IMG/VR virus record: IMGVR_UViG_2508501001_000004
Span: 1-64,000 of that record
Direction: 5' to 3' (one strand)
Source: a virus
Lineage: Duplodnaviria > Caudoviricetes
DNA length: 64,000 bases
Made by a program: the position numbers and the translations under genes. Below the pieces are notes generated by a model. That model saw only the letters and a program-made list of their open reading frames with translations. It searched no databases and was not told where the DNA came from. Below are positions 10,029 to 19,270 of this stretch, one piece after another (position 1 is the stretch's first letter; each line of letters starts with the position of its first letter).

Positions 10029-12044
10029 TTATATCGGAAACATTCCATTCGTGGAAGAAACTATCTCCGTCTCCAGCATCGTCTTAATCTTAGTTACAAT
10101 GGTATCTACGTTCTGTCCGTTGTTGACATCTCCGTTGTGCATATAATTGGCTGTTGGCGTAAGGGTCACAAAATTCTGGATGTTCTTCATTTCAGCCAAC
10201 TCGCGCATGGTTTTTATGTCTTCACTGGAAATATCGACGGTGTTCTCGATTCTACCAACTTCATTGACACGATTGATGTTTGAGTTTTGGTTCCAGCTAT
10301 CGGGGTTGAAGGGGCTATCAGCTGGCGGTTCTTGAGGACGAAATGCATTGTTTAAGGCTCCGAAAGCATCTTGAACATGGCTTACAGCAAAATTGCCTGC
10401 TTTTTTCCCGATAGTCTGTCCTGTGGTAAAGGCGTCACCATAATCCACTTGATTAAATCTCATGAGCTTCACAACATCTGCCTCACTCTTAAGGCTGTCT
10501 CTCTTCCCTTCAAGCTTGGTCAGTAAATTATCCATGCCCGAGGTAATATTTACTTTTAATCCTGGTATATAGTTAAGAAGATTCTCAATGCCTTTGGCAA
10601 GGTTAGCCATGTATTGAAGAGAGTTTATTGATAAGTCGTAAAACAGCTTTTGTACCGCATATATGGGATCCTTCAATACATTGGCGAAGAACTCTGCAAA
10701 CCCCAGAACTATATTTGCCAAAAAAGCAAACCTGTTAAATAAGAATCCAAAAAAAATCCCAAAAAGCCCTCCAATGAAACCGATGACTTCTACGGTAGCA
10801 TCGCCCCATCTCACCATAGCGTAAAGCACCAAGCCGATGACAGCGCCAACCAGCAGGATCTGCCAATTCAATACAACCCAACCCGCCACAGCTTGCCATA
10901 CAGGATTTGCCAACAGACAAAGACTTCGGTATAGTTCCGGTATTTTGCTCACGGCCCATAACGTCAGCGCCGAACCAACCATTGCAAGAATAGGAGCTAT
11001 GAAATCCCAATTCTGCTGTACCACTCCACCTAGCCAGATGAGGCCATTGACAATCCCGGCAACTCCCCCAACAATAATAGTTAATCCGGCACTCAGTCCG
11101 TCAAAAAACGGCTGAAACTTTCCTTCCTGAAAAGCATCATTCAACATGATAATAAGCGGCGCAAGAGCGTCCAAAGCCTGTACTCCCGCATTGGCAAAAC
11201 TAGATTCCATATTATTCGTGAAAACTTCCATCTGCTTTACCGGAGACTTCATCATTTCATCAAAGGCTACCTGTCCCATTTTCTGTTTCTCCAGGAGATG
11301 CTCAAAGGCCTCAATAAAGCCTTCTATATCTCCGGACTTGCCCAGTTCATTAATTTTAAAGGCCTGGATATCGGACTTTGACATATTAAAGCGTTCGCCC
11401 AATGAGGTAATATCACCCGACATCGCTTCGTTTAAGACAGAGGCGGCTCCCTCGATTCCATTTCCTGAAGTGTCAAAGGCATTTAAACGCTGAGTTAAGT
11501 TATTCAGCTTGGTTAATTGATCTACGTTTTGAGTGGATGAGAAAAAAGAGAGGCTGCTCTGCAGGGATTTATTAATATCTTGCCCTGCAGCAAGGGCCTC
11601 CTTTTTAAACTTATTGAACATGGCAGTTCCTATTTCACTATCTCCAGTTCGTGCGATAAACATATCTTGCGTTTTCCGCTGTTCCATCGCACCGCCGATA
11701 GTCGCTTCACCTAAGTCCTTAAGTCTCTGAAAGGTTAGATACTCGCCGAGCAAAGATCTTATTGATGAAATGAAGCCTTTTGCTCCCTCTTGACCTGCAG
11801 TGAAATGATTGTTTAACTCAGCTTGTGCATTTGCAGCGCCGCTGGTCGCGTCTTGCAACCCGGTCTCAACAAAAGCAAGCCGAAGCTGCGCTGATGCCAC
11901 GAGATTTGTGATTTGCGCATTTTGGGCAGAGGCATTGGTTAACTCGTTCATGGCGGAGATGCTTATATTTAGTGACTGGGTAATATTTTGAAGTGGCTGT
12001 GAAAAGACATCAAACATTCTGAGAGTAGCGCTCACGGTTGCCAA
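10029..12044 (-). CDS. Tail tape measure protein (671 aa)
   Basis: Long helical protein with hydrophobic mid-region, between chaperone and xkdP. Confidence 0.85.
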   Translation of the reverse strand: MATVSATLRMFDVFSQPLQNITQSLNISISAMNELTNASAQNAQITNLVASAQLRLAFVETGLQDATSGAANAQAELNNHFTAGQEGAKGFISSIRSLLGEYLTFQRLKDLGEATIGGAMEQRKTQDMFIARTGDSEIGTAMFNKFKKEALAAGQDINKSLQSSLSFFSSTQNVDQLTKLNNLTQRLNAFDTSGNGIEGAASVLNEAMSGDITSLGERFNMSKSDIQAFKINELGKSGDIEGFIEAFEHLLEKQKMGQVAFDEMMKSPVKQMEVFTNNMESSFANAGVQALDALAPLIIMLNDAFQEGKFQPFFDGLSAGLTIIVGGVAGIVNGLIWLGGVVQQNWDFIAPILAMVGSALTLWAVSKIPELYRSLCLLANPVWQAVAGWVVLNWQILLVGAVIGLVLYAMVRWGDATVEVIGFIGGLFGIFFGFLFNRFAFLANIVLGFAEFFANVLKDPIYAVQKLFYDLSINSLQYMANLAKGIENLLNYIPGLKVNITSGMDNLLTKLEGKRDSLKSEADVVKLMRFNQVDYGDAFTTGQTIGKKAGNFAVSHVQDAFGALNNAFRPQEPPADSPFNPDSWNQNSNINRVNEVGRIENTVDISSEDIKTMRELAEMKNIQNFVTLTPTANYMHNGDVNNGQNVDTIVTKIKTMLETEIVSSTNGMFPI

Positions 12045-12144
12045 ATATATGACCTCCTTTCAGGCATAATAAAAAGCGCCCTGCCTTTCTTCGTTTTAGT
12101 AGATGATAATTTCATTTTCAATTGCATAATTTCCCTAGCATTTT

Positions 12145-12327
12145 CTATTTTTTCTTAAGCTTTGCCCTATCCTGCCTTTCCTTTTTAACTCGAATATCAA
12201 TCATGGCATAGATAGCGGCTTTAGCTTCTCTCGATTTCTTCACGAGCTCATCCGGGGGGATCCGCAGTTCGTGGAGAGCATAGTAAGCGTAATTCCACTC
12301 ACCATCGCCCTCCTCAATTAGTTTTTT
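12145..12327 (-). other. -1 frameshift extension of tail chaperone (G/GT type); slippery A AAA AAC at 12321-12327
   Basis: GTA AAA AAC TAA; -1 frame open as KLIEEGDGEWNYAYYALHELRI...KKK*. Confidence 0.75.
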
Positions 12328-12740
12328 ACCTCATCCATTAAGTCTCCCAGGCTTTGGTCAAAACCGTTCAGTTCTTGCACCTTCTGAACAAGGGTTGCAT
12401 ATTCTCCCGGAAACAACATCTTCCTCAAAAGATCCTCCGCCCCCATGACACCGTAGGATTTTTGCAGCTCCGCGTTTTTTAAATCCGGAAAAACAACACT
12501 GGCCACTAAGATTTTTATCAGATAGGCATTCTGGTCAGTTTCAACCTGCTGTGATCCATTTTTTCCTTTAACTCGTTTTGTGGCCGCTTTGCGATACTCT
12601 TCATTCTCCGTTTCGGTTATATTGTGAATCTTCCAGGGTATTGGCTTGCCATCCGGCCCTTTGAAGCGCTCAGAGACAATTACCTCTTCGGTAACATCGG
12701 ACTGGACATTCTGCGCAAAAAATGCCTGTAAATCACTCAT
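12318..12740 (-). CDS. xkdN: Tail assembly chaperone XkdN-like
   Basis: VFPDLKNAELQKSYGV..AEDLL..ML.PGEY motif. Confidence 0.85.
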   Translation of the reverse strand: MSDLQAFFAQNVQSDVTEEVIVSERFKGPDGKPIPWKIHNITETENEEYRKAATKRVKGKNGSQQVETDQNAYLIKILVASVVFPDLKNAELQKSYGVMGAEDLLRKMLFPGEYATLVQKVQELNGFDQSLGDLMDEVKN

Positions 12741-12850
12741 ACTTTATTCCTCCCATTCCTCACTAATCATTTCGCCCGCGACATGACAGAGCCTCAAAAT
12801 CCGCCTAAGAAAAAGCACTCTTTGCAAGTGCTTTTTCTCGGCAGTCTGAA

Positions 12851-13318
12851 TTATCTGCTTGCCGGTTTATTAAATTGATCCAGCAAATCTGCATCTTCAA
12901 AGGTAAAGGGCATCTCTTCTTCTATGGCATCATCGCTGCTTGCATCAAAGGACGCAATAATAACACTATCCAAGTTGCATCTCTTTAAAACCGTGGTCTG
13001 TTTTCCTACACTTGATGTCGGATCTTCATTAGTAATCTGCAAATCAAAATAGAAATCCCTGCCGGTCTTGATATAGTCCAGCATCAAAGCTCTGAATAAA
13101 CTTGTAACGTAATAAATAGTTAAGGTTCCACTGCCGGACCAGCCCGTTGATTTTTTGGCGACATTCATTCTCCCCAGTATGGGAATATCGGTTTTAGTTT
13201 TTTCAATCGTGGCTTCTATGGATTTAGCATAAAACAATTCTTCCACTCGCCCATTTATTGTGGCAAAGGCACGGGCCTGTTTGCCGATAATGGCATCTTC
13301 AGACTTCATAAATGGCAT
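12851..13318 (-). CDS. xkdM: Tail tube protein
   Basis: GWSGSGTLTIYYVTS, EEEMPFTFED motifs. Confidence 0.9.
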   Translation of the reverse strand: MPFMKSEDAIIGKQARAFATINGRVEELFYAKSIEATIEKTKTDIPILGRMNVAKKSTGWSGSGTLTIYYVTSLFRALMLDYIKTGRDFYFDLQITNEDPTSSVGKQTTVLKRCNLDSVIIASFDASSDDAIEEEMPFTFEDADLLDQFNKPASR

Positions 13319-13319
13319 T

Positions 13320-14636
13320 TTAGTTCACCTGCGCTTTCACATAGATTTTTTCCACACTATCAATCGGCTGGGTGTAGGCCTCTATAAAGACCGCATCCCC
13401 TTCGTTGCCGGCTATGACTGTAATGTCAGACTGGGAATCAAAGTTTTGAATCGCGTTGATTTCCTGCAGGGTCTCCATATAGCGGATACACTCGCCCTTA
13501 AGCAGATTTCTGCCATCATCATTGTTGTTTACTTTCCCAATGTAAAACTCAGAAAAGGTGCTTTCCAGGTAGTTATTAATGCCATCCAGCACCCTGATCA
13601 CTCGATTCTTGCTGAAGGCTTTGCCTTTGTCCGAGGTGAAGCTTGTCAGGGTATTAATATCTTGCTCTACCAGCGCCCGGTTATCATTAGCGGTAAACAA
13701 GAACTCCCCTGCCTTCAGTGCTGTAATAATCTGGGTGTTGGTATATCTGGGCGCCACATCCACTGCTCCATCATAAGCCTGATAAGTAAGTGATTCATTC
13801 ACTTGCGCACCTGACGTTGCACCGGCTACCCAGACAGTGGCTTGAGCTGCCGTAAGGGTTGTTCCGTCAATTAAGATGACACCATTCTTGACACTGATTA
13901 CGCCTTCATAATCGGCCAAAGGATAATTCTCTAAAACCACCTGTATTTTCTTGCCTTCATCATCCCGCAGACGTTTGCAAAAGGCTTGGAACATGGCTTT
14001 AAGGGTATCATCTGTCGAAGGCAGGGCCATGGTGTTGAAGTCGTAAATCTCCACTGCGGCCAAATAGTCAACATAAGCTTGATTAGTGATCGTGCCGTCT
14101 GCGCCATTGACAAGGGGCACACCGGCGGTCTCTGTCAAACTCCCGCTGCCAGAGAATATAACCCAATCATTTGCGGCAAGTCCTGCAATATTCGTTACAA
14201 TTTGCTTATCCATCTCAGTCCCATCGACTAAGGTGGATACATCAAACTTTGTATCATCATCAATATTTTCCTGAATGACCAGGGAAATGTCGTTGCCGCG
14301 AATCCCGCCCCACTTCGCCGTAGCTGTCAGGTTTTCTATGGTTACTGCGGCCTTTGTGCCGGCATTAAGCCGATAAAGAAGCAAGGTTTTGGCTCTCTTC
14401 AAGGCTTCTTTAATCAAGAGCAATCTAGGATCTGTAATGCTGTAACCCAGCATGGAGAAGGTATCCTCTCCGGCTTCAATAGAAATGATTTTATTAGGCT
14501 CTCCCCAGGAGAGCATTAAGGGCAGAGTAGCTATGCCGCGCTCCCCAAGAGTTCCCAGCGCTTGGGGATTAGACTCAAAGTTTATATAAACCCCTGGTCG
14601 CACTTTGTTTTGTATAGTGAATGTACCTGCTGCCAT
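13320..14636 (-). CDS. xkdK: Contractile tail sheath
   Basis: NKVRPGVYINF, QDINTLTSF..K.K.FSKNRVIRVLD motifs. Confidence 0.95.
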   Translation of the reverse strand: MAAGTFTIQNKVRPGVYINFESNPQALGTLGERGIATLPLMLSWGEPNKIISIEAGEDTFSMLGYSITDPRLLLIKEALKRAKTLLLYRLNAGTKAAVTIENLTATAKWGGIRGNDISLVIQENIDDDTKFDVSTLVDGTEMDKQIVTNIAGLAANDWVIFSGSGSLTETAGVPLVNGADGTITNQAYVDYLAAVEIYDFNTMALPSTDDTLKAMFQAFCKRLRDDEGKKIQVVLENYPLADYEGVISVKNGVILIDGTTLTAAQATVWVAGATSGAQVNESLTYQAYDGAVDVAPRYTNTQIITALKAGEFLFTANDNRALVEQDINTLTSFTSDKGKAFSKNRVIRVLDGINNYLESTFSEFYIGKVNNNDDGRNLLKGECIRYMETLQEINAIQNFDSQSDITVIAGNEGDAVFIEAYTQPIDSVEKIYVKAQVN

Positions 14637-14637
14637 T

Positions 14638-14820
14638 TCACCCAACCTCCTTAGTTAAAAAATCGTCAAGTATTGCTTTGATTTGATGACAAGTGTATTT
14701 CTGTCTTTCATCTAAAAGCGCTTGCAAAGCATCCTTTGGGGTATACTGTTTAGACTGTATTATTTGCTGTTTCGTGTAGGCCTTTGCGGTCTGCACTTTC
14801 TTTCCTTCAACCACGTACAT
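14638..14820 (-). CDS. Small conserved protein upstream of sheath
   Basis: YTKQQI..SK.Y...DAL.ALL motif; paralog of 50769-50954. Confidence 0.6.
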   Translation of the reverse strand: MYVVEGKKVQTAKAYTKQQIIQSKQYTPKDALQALLDERQKYTCHQIKAILDDFLTKEVG

Positions 14821-15226
14821 ACCCCTCCTGTTTCATAGACTGCATTAGCCGATCTGATTCAGCCCTGCGCAGTACATAAAAATTATAGGCTACAAAAAAA
14901 TGAAGTACCCCGTCAACAATTTCATGACGCATTCCGGTACCCCTGACAAGCCTGCCGTCCACGCTGATCAGCTCCATCTTGTCATAGAGCTGCTCTGCCA
15001 TGTCATGCAGGTTTCCATTACTTCCTCCATAATAATGAAGATCAAAGAAATGAAACCGTTGATACCGCTGGCCAAGCAGTTGCTCCTGGGACGCAGAAAG
15101 GAGCTTTACAAAAAAACAAGGTTCTTCAAAATCCTCCGCAAGTTCTTCTTCATAAATGCTTATATCGGGAAAATTCTGATCCAATACCGATATAATGCTG
15201 TCGCGAATGAGGTTGACAGTTATCAA
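14807..15226 (-). CDS. Tail terminator/completion protein (XkdJ-like position)
   Basis: PCFFVKL, DGVLHFFV.YNF; paralog of 50941-51366. Confidence 0.7.
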   Translation of the reverse strand: MITVNLIRDSIISVLDQNFPDISIYEEELAEDFEEPCFFVKLLSASQEQLLGQRYQRFHFFDLHYYGGSNGNLHDMAEQLYDKMELISVDGRLVRGTGMRHEIVDGVLHFFVAYNFYVLRRAESDRLMQSMKQEGYVRG

Positions 15227-15756
15227 TAAAATCCCTCCTTTGGTGCAGACCCTTCAACCGGCCTAACCCCTTTGAACTGGAATCCCTGGTTTTCCTTTTT
15301 CTCCTCACTAAATAAAAAAGCCTTGGATTCTTTTAACGATTTGAGCTGATCGTCTAAGCCGACTTTAATTGACCCGTTCTCATTTAGTTCAATCTTTGTT
15401 TTGTCCAGCAGACTAGCAACAATATCTGGATCGTGGGCCTTGCCAGTTAGAGCCAACTTAAGGGCATTAGTTAGCGTAATGGCCTTCACGTCAGCCTCAT
15501 AGTTCTCCTTAGCCTTTTTATTTTCACTTCGGAGGTTAATAATCTCAACCTGAAGGCCGGCAGTATCCACTTTCTTTAGGTCTTCAATCTGCTTATCCCG
15601 GGTAGCAATGTCCTTTTCCAGCTGCTTTTTAGCGCCGTTCACTTCATCGAAACGTAATTTTGGAATATAGCTCCTCAGCTCAACTTGAGACGCTGCCGCG
15701 GCCTTCACTGCTAATTCCTCTCTCAACCCGAGGGCAAGAAACTGCTCTTTATTCAT
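15223..15756 (-). pseudogene. C-terminally truncated capsid scaffold (phage GP20 family)
   Basis: MNKEQFLALGL..YIPK.RFDEVN; ends at the RBS of the next gene; paralog 54025-54666 is longer. Confidence 0.75.
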
Positions 15757-15775
15757 GATTATCGTCCTTTCATCG

Positions 15776-15857
15776 TCACTTTTTGCCCGGTCGTGTCCGG
15801 TGATGTCCTGTTCTTTTACGCCGGCAGTACCGAAACGGCGGCACAATAAAAGCACTC
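15776..15857 (-). ncRNA. Conserved structured leader upstream of scaffold gene (GP20-type cis-regulatory RNA candidate), copy 1
   Basis: Two hairpins; 20-nt core at 15786-15805 identical to 54698-54717. Confidence 0.6.
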
Positions 15858-15879
15858 TTACCTTTTGGCTCGAGTGCTT

Positions 15880-15975
15880 TTCCATTTCTGGAGCTTCTGT
15901 ACACTTTAAAATTTGGAAGTCATCCAAGGTTTTCAGAACATCCTAGCCTGGAATTTCTTTATACCGCCTCCCCGC
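15880..15975 (-). pseudogene. Remnant of MuF minor head protein linker
   Basis: RYKEIPG*DVLKTLDDFQILKCTEA aligns with RYKKILGKDAPKTFDDFRDLKYTEA of 55516-57312. Confidence 0.6.
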
Positions 15976-16100
15976 TCTCCTCCATTTTGGCCTAAACCGA
16001 ATAGTCATTGAAGCAGCTCATTTCTTCTTCTCTTTCTCCAGCCTTCCCAACTCTTCTTAACATCTGTCATCCAAGGATAGTTGCTGACTACAGCTTCATT

Positions 16101-17300
16101 CTATATAATTCCACGGTTGTTTTTGGCATCTTCAATTACTGCACTTTCCTTAATAAGGATATCCCGGTTAAAACGAAAATCAACCGCCTCATTCGAGTAA
16201 TCCCGGCCGGTGGTATTGGCAATATGAGCATCAATAAACCAGCGCAGCTGTTCTAAACTCGCTTGAAATTCAGATTCGATAATATTGGCATCCATGTCCA
16301 GACCAGCATAAAGAACTTTAAGATCGATTCCCGACGGGCTGTTTCCAATCTTGTCAGGCTCGAATAAAACGCCTCTGCCAAATTCATAGATATCTTTGCG
16401 GTTCATCTCCATATGAACTTTATATGCCACATAACTAGAATTTGTCAGATCCTCTAACTTGTTGACATTGTCACTCTTTCGGGCGTCATAGTCATCAATC
16501 AGCTCTTTGATCAGATCCAAAAGAGATTGCTCTTCTTCGTTATATTTAAAGGCAATGAAGGGTACACGCTCCCAATTGACTGGTTTTACGCTATCTCCCT
16601 GAACAACTGTAAAGTGCGCCCCTTCTTCTCCTTCCTCTATATCGGGAACTAGTCCGTACTGTCCCCCGCTTTGTAGAATATATCGTTTTACGCCGTTTAT
16701 ATCCCACCATTCAATCTTCGTTACGACAGTTCGCCGTGTTTCTTCGTAGGTCTCCACCTCATAAACTCTGATCACAGCCTGCAAATCTCTATGTGCTGCA
16801 TTATACCAAAGGGGAATGATTTCTTCCGATGGGATCCTCATAAAGGACAATTGGCCAGTTTCGTCATAGTAGACGTGCAGCCAGGCAATACCTTTCTTGA
16901 TTGCCTCTTTTCCAATATTCTGCAGCATTCGAAGCATCGACTTTCCCCAAAAAGTGGCAAGCTGCTTTTGATAGTCTTGGATGTCTGTCTGTACGCTCAG
17001 CGGTTTGGAAAACAAATATCCAACTTTCTGATCTACCAGCTTGCGAAAAAAGCCATTGACCAATTTATTATTTGATAAATTCCCAACAATTTCTTTTTCC
17101 CCACTGGCCCCGATCTCCCTTCGTTCACGGTTCAGGATGTCTGTTTTATTTCGGTAATAATTCTCCCCTTTGATCATCTCTTTTCGCTTATGAGACGACT
17201 TCCACTCGCTAACCTTTATAGAGATAATCTGCTCCAAGTTCGTCAAATTTTTTACGCCGGCCACGCTCATTGTGGCGATGCGCTCATTTTCTATAATCAC
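16101..17300 (-). pseudogene. SPP1-gp6-like portal with internal 40-aa in-frame deletion and premature stop
   Basis: Colinear with portal 57490-58974; homology continues past TAG (NEAVVSNYPWMTD). Confidence 0.8.
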
Positions 17301-17477
17301 GTCAGTCTCACCTCTTTTCCGGATAGTTTCTGATTTATCAGGCTGCGTGTCCAATGGGATAATTAATGGAAAACAGCTCTGAAGAATCCCTTGCCAGCCA
17401 ATAAAAAACGGCTAACAGAGGAATAGTCAATAAATATACAATAATCTTTGATCAAGTATAGTTTTGTTATGCAATAT

Positions 17478-17590
17478 AAAAAGCGCTCCTTTCGGAACGC
17501 TCTTAAATCATATTTTTGCATTATAGAAATTTTAACATAGCTAAAAGGGATTGTACAGGGCAGGACTTTGGGCATCAATCGGGCAGGACC
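17478..17590 (-). promoter_or_regulatory. Putative late promoter with GTCCTGCCC direct repeats and downstream hairpin
   Basis: Repeats at 17558-17566 and 17581-17589; TATAAT-like -10; hairpin GAGCG-TTCCGAAAGGAG-CGC followed by a T-run. Confidence 0.55.
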
Positions 17591-18129
17591 CGGACATTTT
17601 CATTCAAAGCATCTGCTCCGAAAAGCATAATCTTTAGTTTATTCACCAGGCGATTTTTATTTCTTCTTACAGTTTTTTCATCACATTCAAGATCCGAGGC
17701 AATGCTTTCAATAGTCATTCCATCCCAGTATTTCATGGGAACTATTTCATAATATTTATCATCTTTAATCACTTCAAGGGCCCTGTCAATCCTCATTACC
17801 TCCTGCCTCGTCCGCATCATGCTTGACTTTATACCTTGCGTATATCTGTCAATATCCAATCCATGACTTCCGGTATTACTCGTTGAAAACCTTATAATGT
17901 CTTTTGAGCGATTATTCGTAGGAGTTGTATAGGCTTCAGGATCAAATAAGAATTCTTCATCTTGAGCAACCTTTAGCTTCAAAGCTTGGTAATTATACAG
18001 CAGGGTTTCTGTTTCTTGAAAGAAATTACGTTCAACAAGTGTATCTTGCGTCGCAGCTTTTGCGCTTTCTTGAGCCACCTTATTTACAACCGTTTCAATT
18101 AGTTTAAGAACTTCATTATTGAGTTTCAA
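17575..18129 (-). CDS. RinA/ArpU-like late transcriptional activator
   Basis: C-terminal sigma70-r4-like HTH (KYWDGMTIESIASDLECDEKTVRRNKNRLV); TTG start after GGAG. Confidence 0.75.
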   Translation of the reverse strand: MKLNNEVLKLIETVVNKVAQESAKAATQDTLVERNFFQETETLLYNYQALKLKVAQDEEFLFDPEAYTTPTNNRSKDIIRFSTSNTGSHGLDIDRYTQGIKSSMMRTRQEVMRIDRALEVIKDDKYYEIVPMKYWDGMTIESIASDLECDEKTVRRNKNRLVNKLKIMLFGADALNENVRVLPD

Positions 18130-18400
18130 TTTTCTCCACTCCTCTCCTTTATTTAACTTACGGCTTACATACAATCTCCCTTGATTCCAGTTGCTTACAT
18201 CCTCCCCTCTCTGCCACTTCATTTTTAACCAGCCCAGTCTCCATTTATCCTAGTACCGAATATTCCCGGTGACAGTCGCTCTTCTGTAACCTTTCCAACT
18301 CAAGTAAGCCTCTAACTGTAAGATTGACTGTGACTGCCTGTTGCTTACGTGACATTTTCTTCTCCCTGTCTCACTTTCAAATTATCATTACTTATTCTTA

Positions 18401-18802
18401 GATAATTTAATTATCAAAAACGCCAAAAAAATAAACATCCTACAAAACATTGACGATAAAATAATTATCACATATAATGTTAATTAGATAAAAAAATTAT
18501 CATTTCAATGCTTTTCGCGGCTCCCGTAAAGATCAGGAAACAATATTTCAATTGGTTCATCAAAATACCTAGACATTTTGAACATTAAATCTCTGCCAGG
18601 ATTAAATGTTCCATTCTCAATCATCCGCACATAAACCTCAGAGATCCCCAAGTCTTTGGCAACCTCTTTTTGTTTGCCCTTTTTCTTCCTACACGCGGAG
18701 AAGAAGTTGCGCCTTTTTTGCATTTCCTAAGTTCACCTCCTTGTGTTTTGATTATATTTGATAATTATATTATCGTCAAGATATTTTGTTAATATAATTA
18801 TC
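18401..18802. promoter_or_regulatory. Repressor operator array GATAA-N5-TTATC and twin sigmaA promoters
   Basis: Palindromes at 18401, 18455, 18487, 18760, near-match at 18788; TTGACG-N17-TATAAT at 18450-18478 (+) and 18779-18751 (-). Confidence 0.8.
18505..18723 (-). CDS. Cro-like XRE HTH regulator
   Basis: KQKEVAKDLGISEVYVRMIENGTFNPG HTH; divergent from CI. Confidence 0.85.
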   Translation of the reverse strand: MQKRRNFFSACRKKKGKQKEVAKDLGISEVYVRMIENGTFNPGRDLMFKMSRYFDEPIEILFPDLYGSREKH

Positions 18803-18823
18803 AAAAAGAAGGGACGTTGCTCC

Positions 18824-19231
18824 ATGATTGGTGAAATCCTTGCCGAATTAAGAAATAGAAGAGGGCTTACTCAAGACCAGATGGCTGAGGCCCTAAATGT
18901 AAAAAGACCTCGCTACAATTCTTGGGAAAACAATATAGCTAAGCCAGACATAGAAATGCTCCAAAAGATAGCTAAATTTCATAATGTTACACCCGACTAT
19001 ATTCTTAATTTTGAATCTGACAGCCCAGTCCCCTCCTGGGCCACTGCAAAAGATAAGCGCGATTTCAAGAAAATGCTCGAAGAAGACGATGACTTAATGT
19101 TTGATGGCATCCCTATCGAAAGCGATGACCGCCAGAGAATCAAAGACGTTCTCACCGGCCTTTTCTGGGAAGCCAAACAGATGAACAAACGCAAAAAGAA
19201 ACCTGACAGCACAAACGACACCAAGAAATAA
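18824..19231 (+). CDS. CI/ImmR-like XRE repressor
   Basis: LTQDQMAEALNVKRPRYNSWENNIAKPD HTH; followed by ImmA. Confidence 0.9.
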   Translation: MIGEILAELRNRRGLTQDQMAEALNVKRPRYNSWENNIAKPDIEMLQKIAKFHNVTPDYILNFESDSPVPSWATAKDKRDFKKMLEEDDDLMFDGIPIESDDRQRIKDVLTGLFWEAKQMNKRKKKPDSTNDTKK

Positions 19232-19270
19232 ATCCTGGTGCCGTTTTTTATAAAGAGGTGCAACTAAAAA

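Noticed and set aside
15757-15927. N-terminal extension of scaffold ORF (57 aa)
   Set aside because: It runs through the MuF remnant and the structured leader; homology and RBS place the start at 15756
18130-18400. Short ORFs upstream of the late activator (e.g. MSRKQQAVTV..., 36 aa)
   Set aside because: Appear to be decayed early-gene fragments; no motif support
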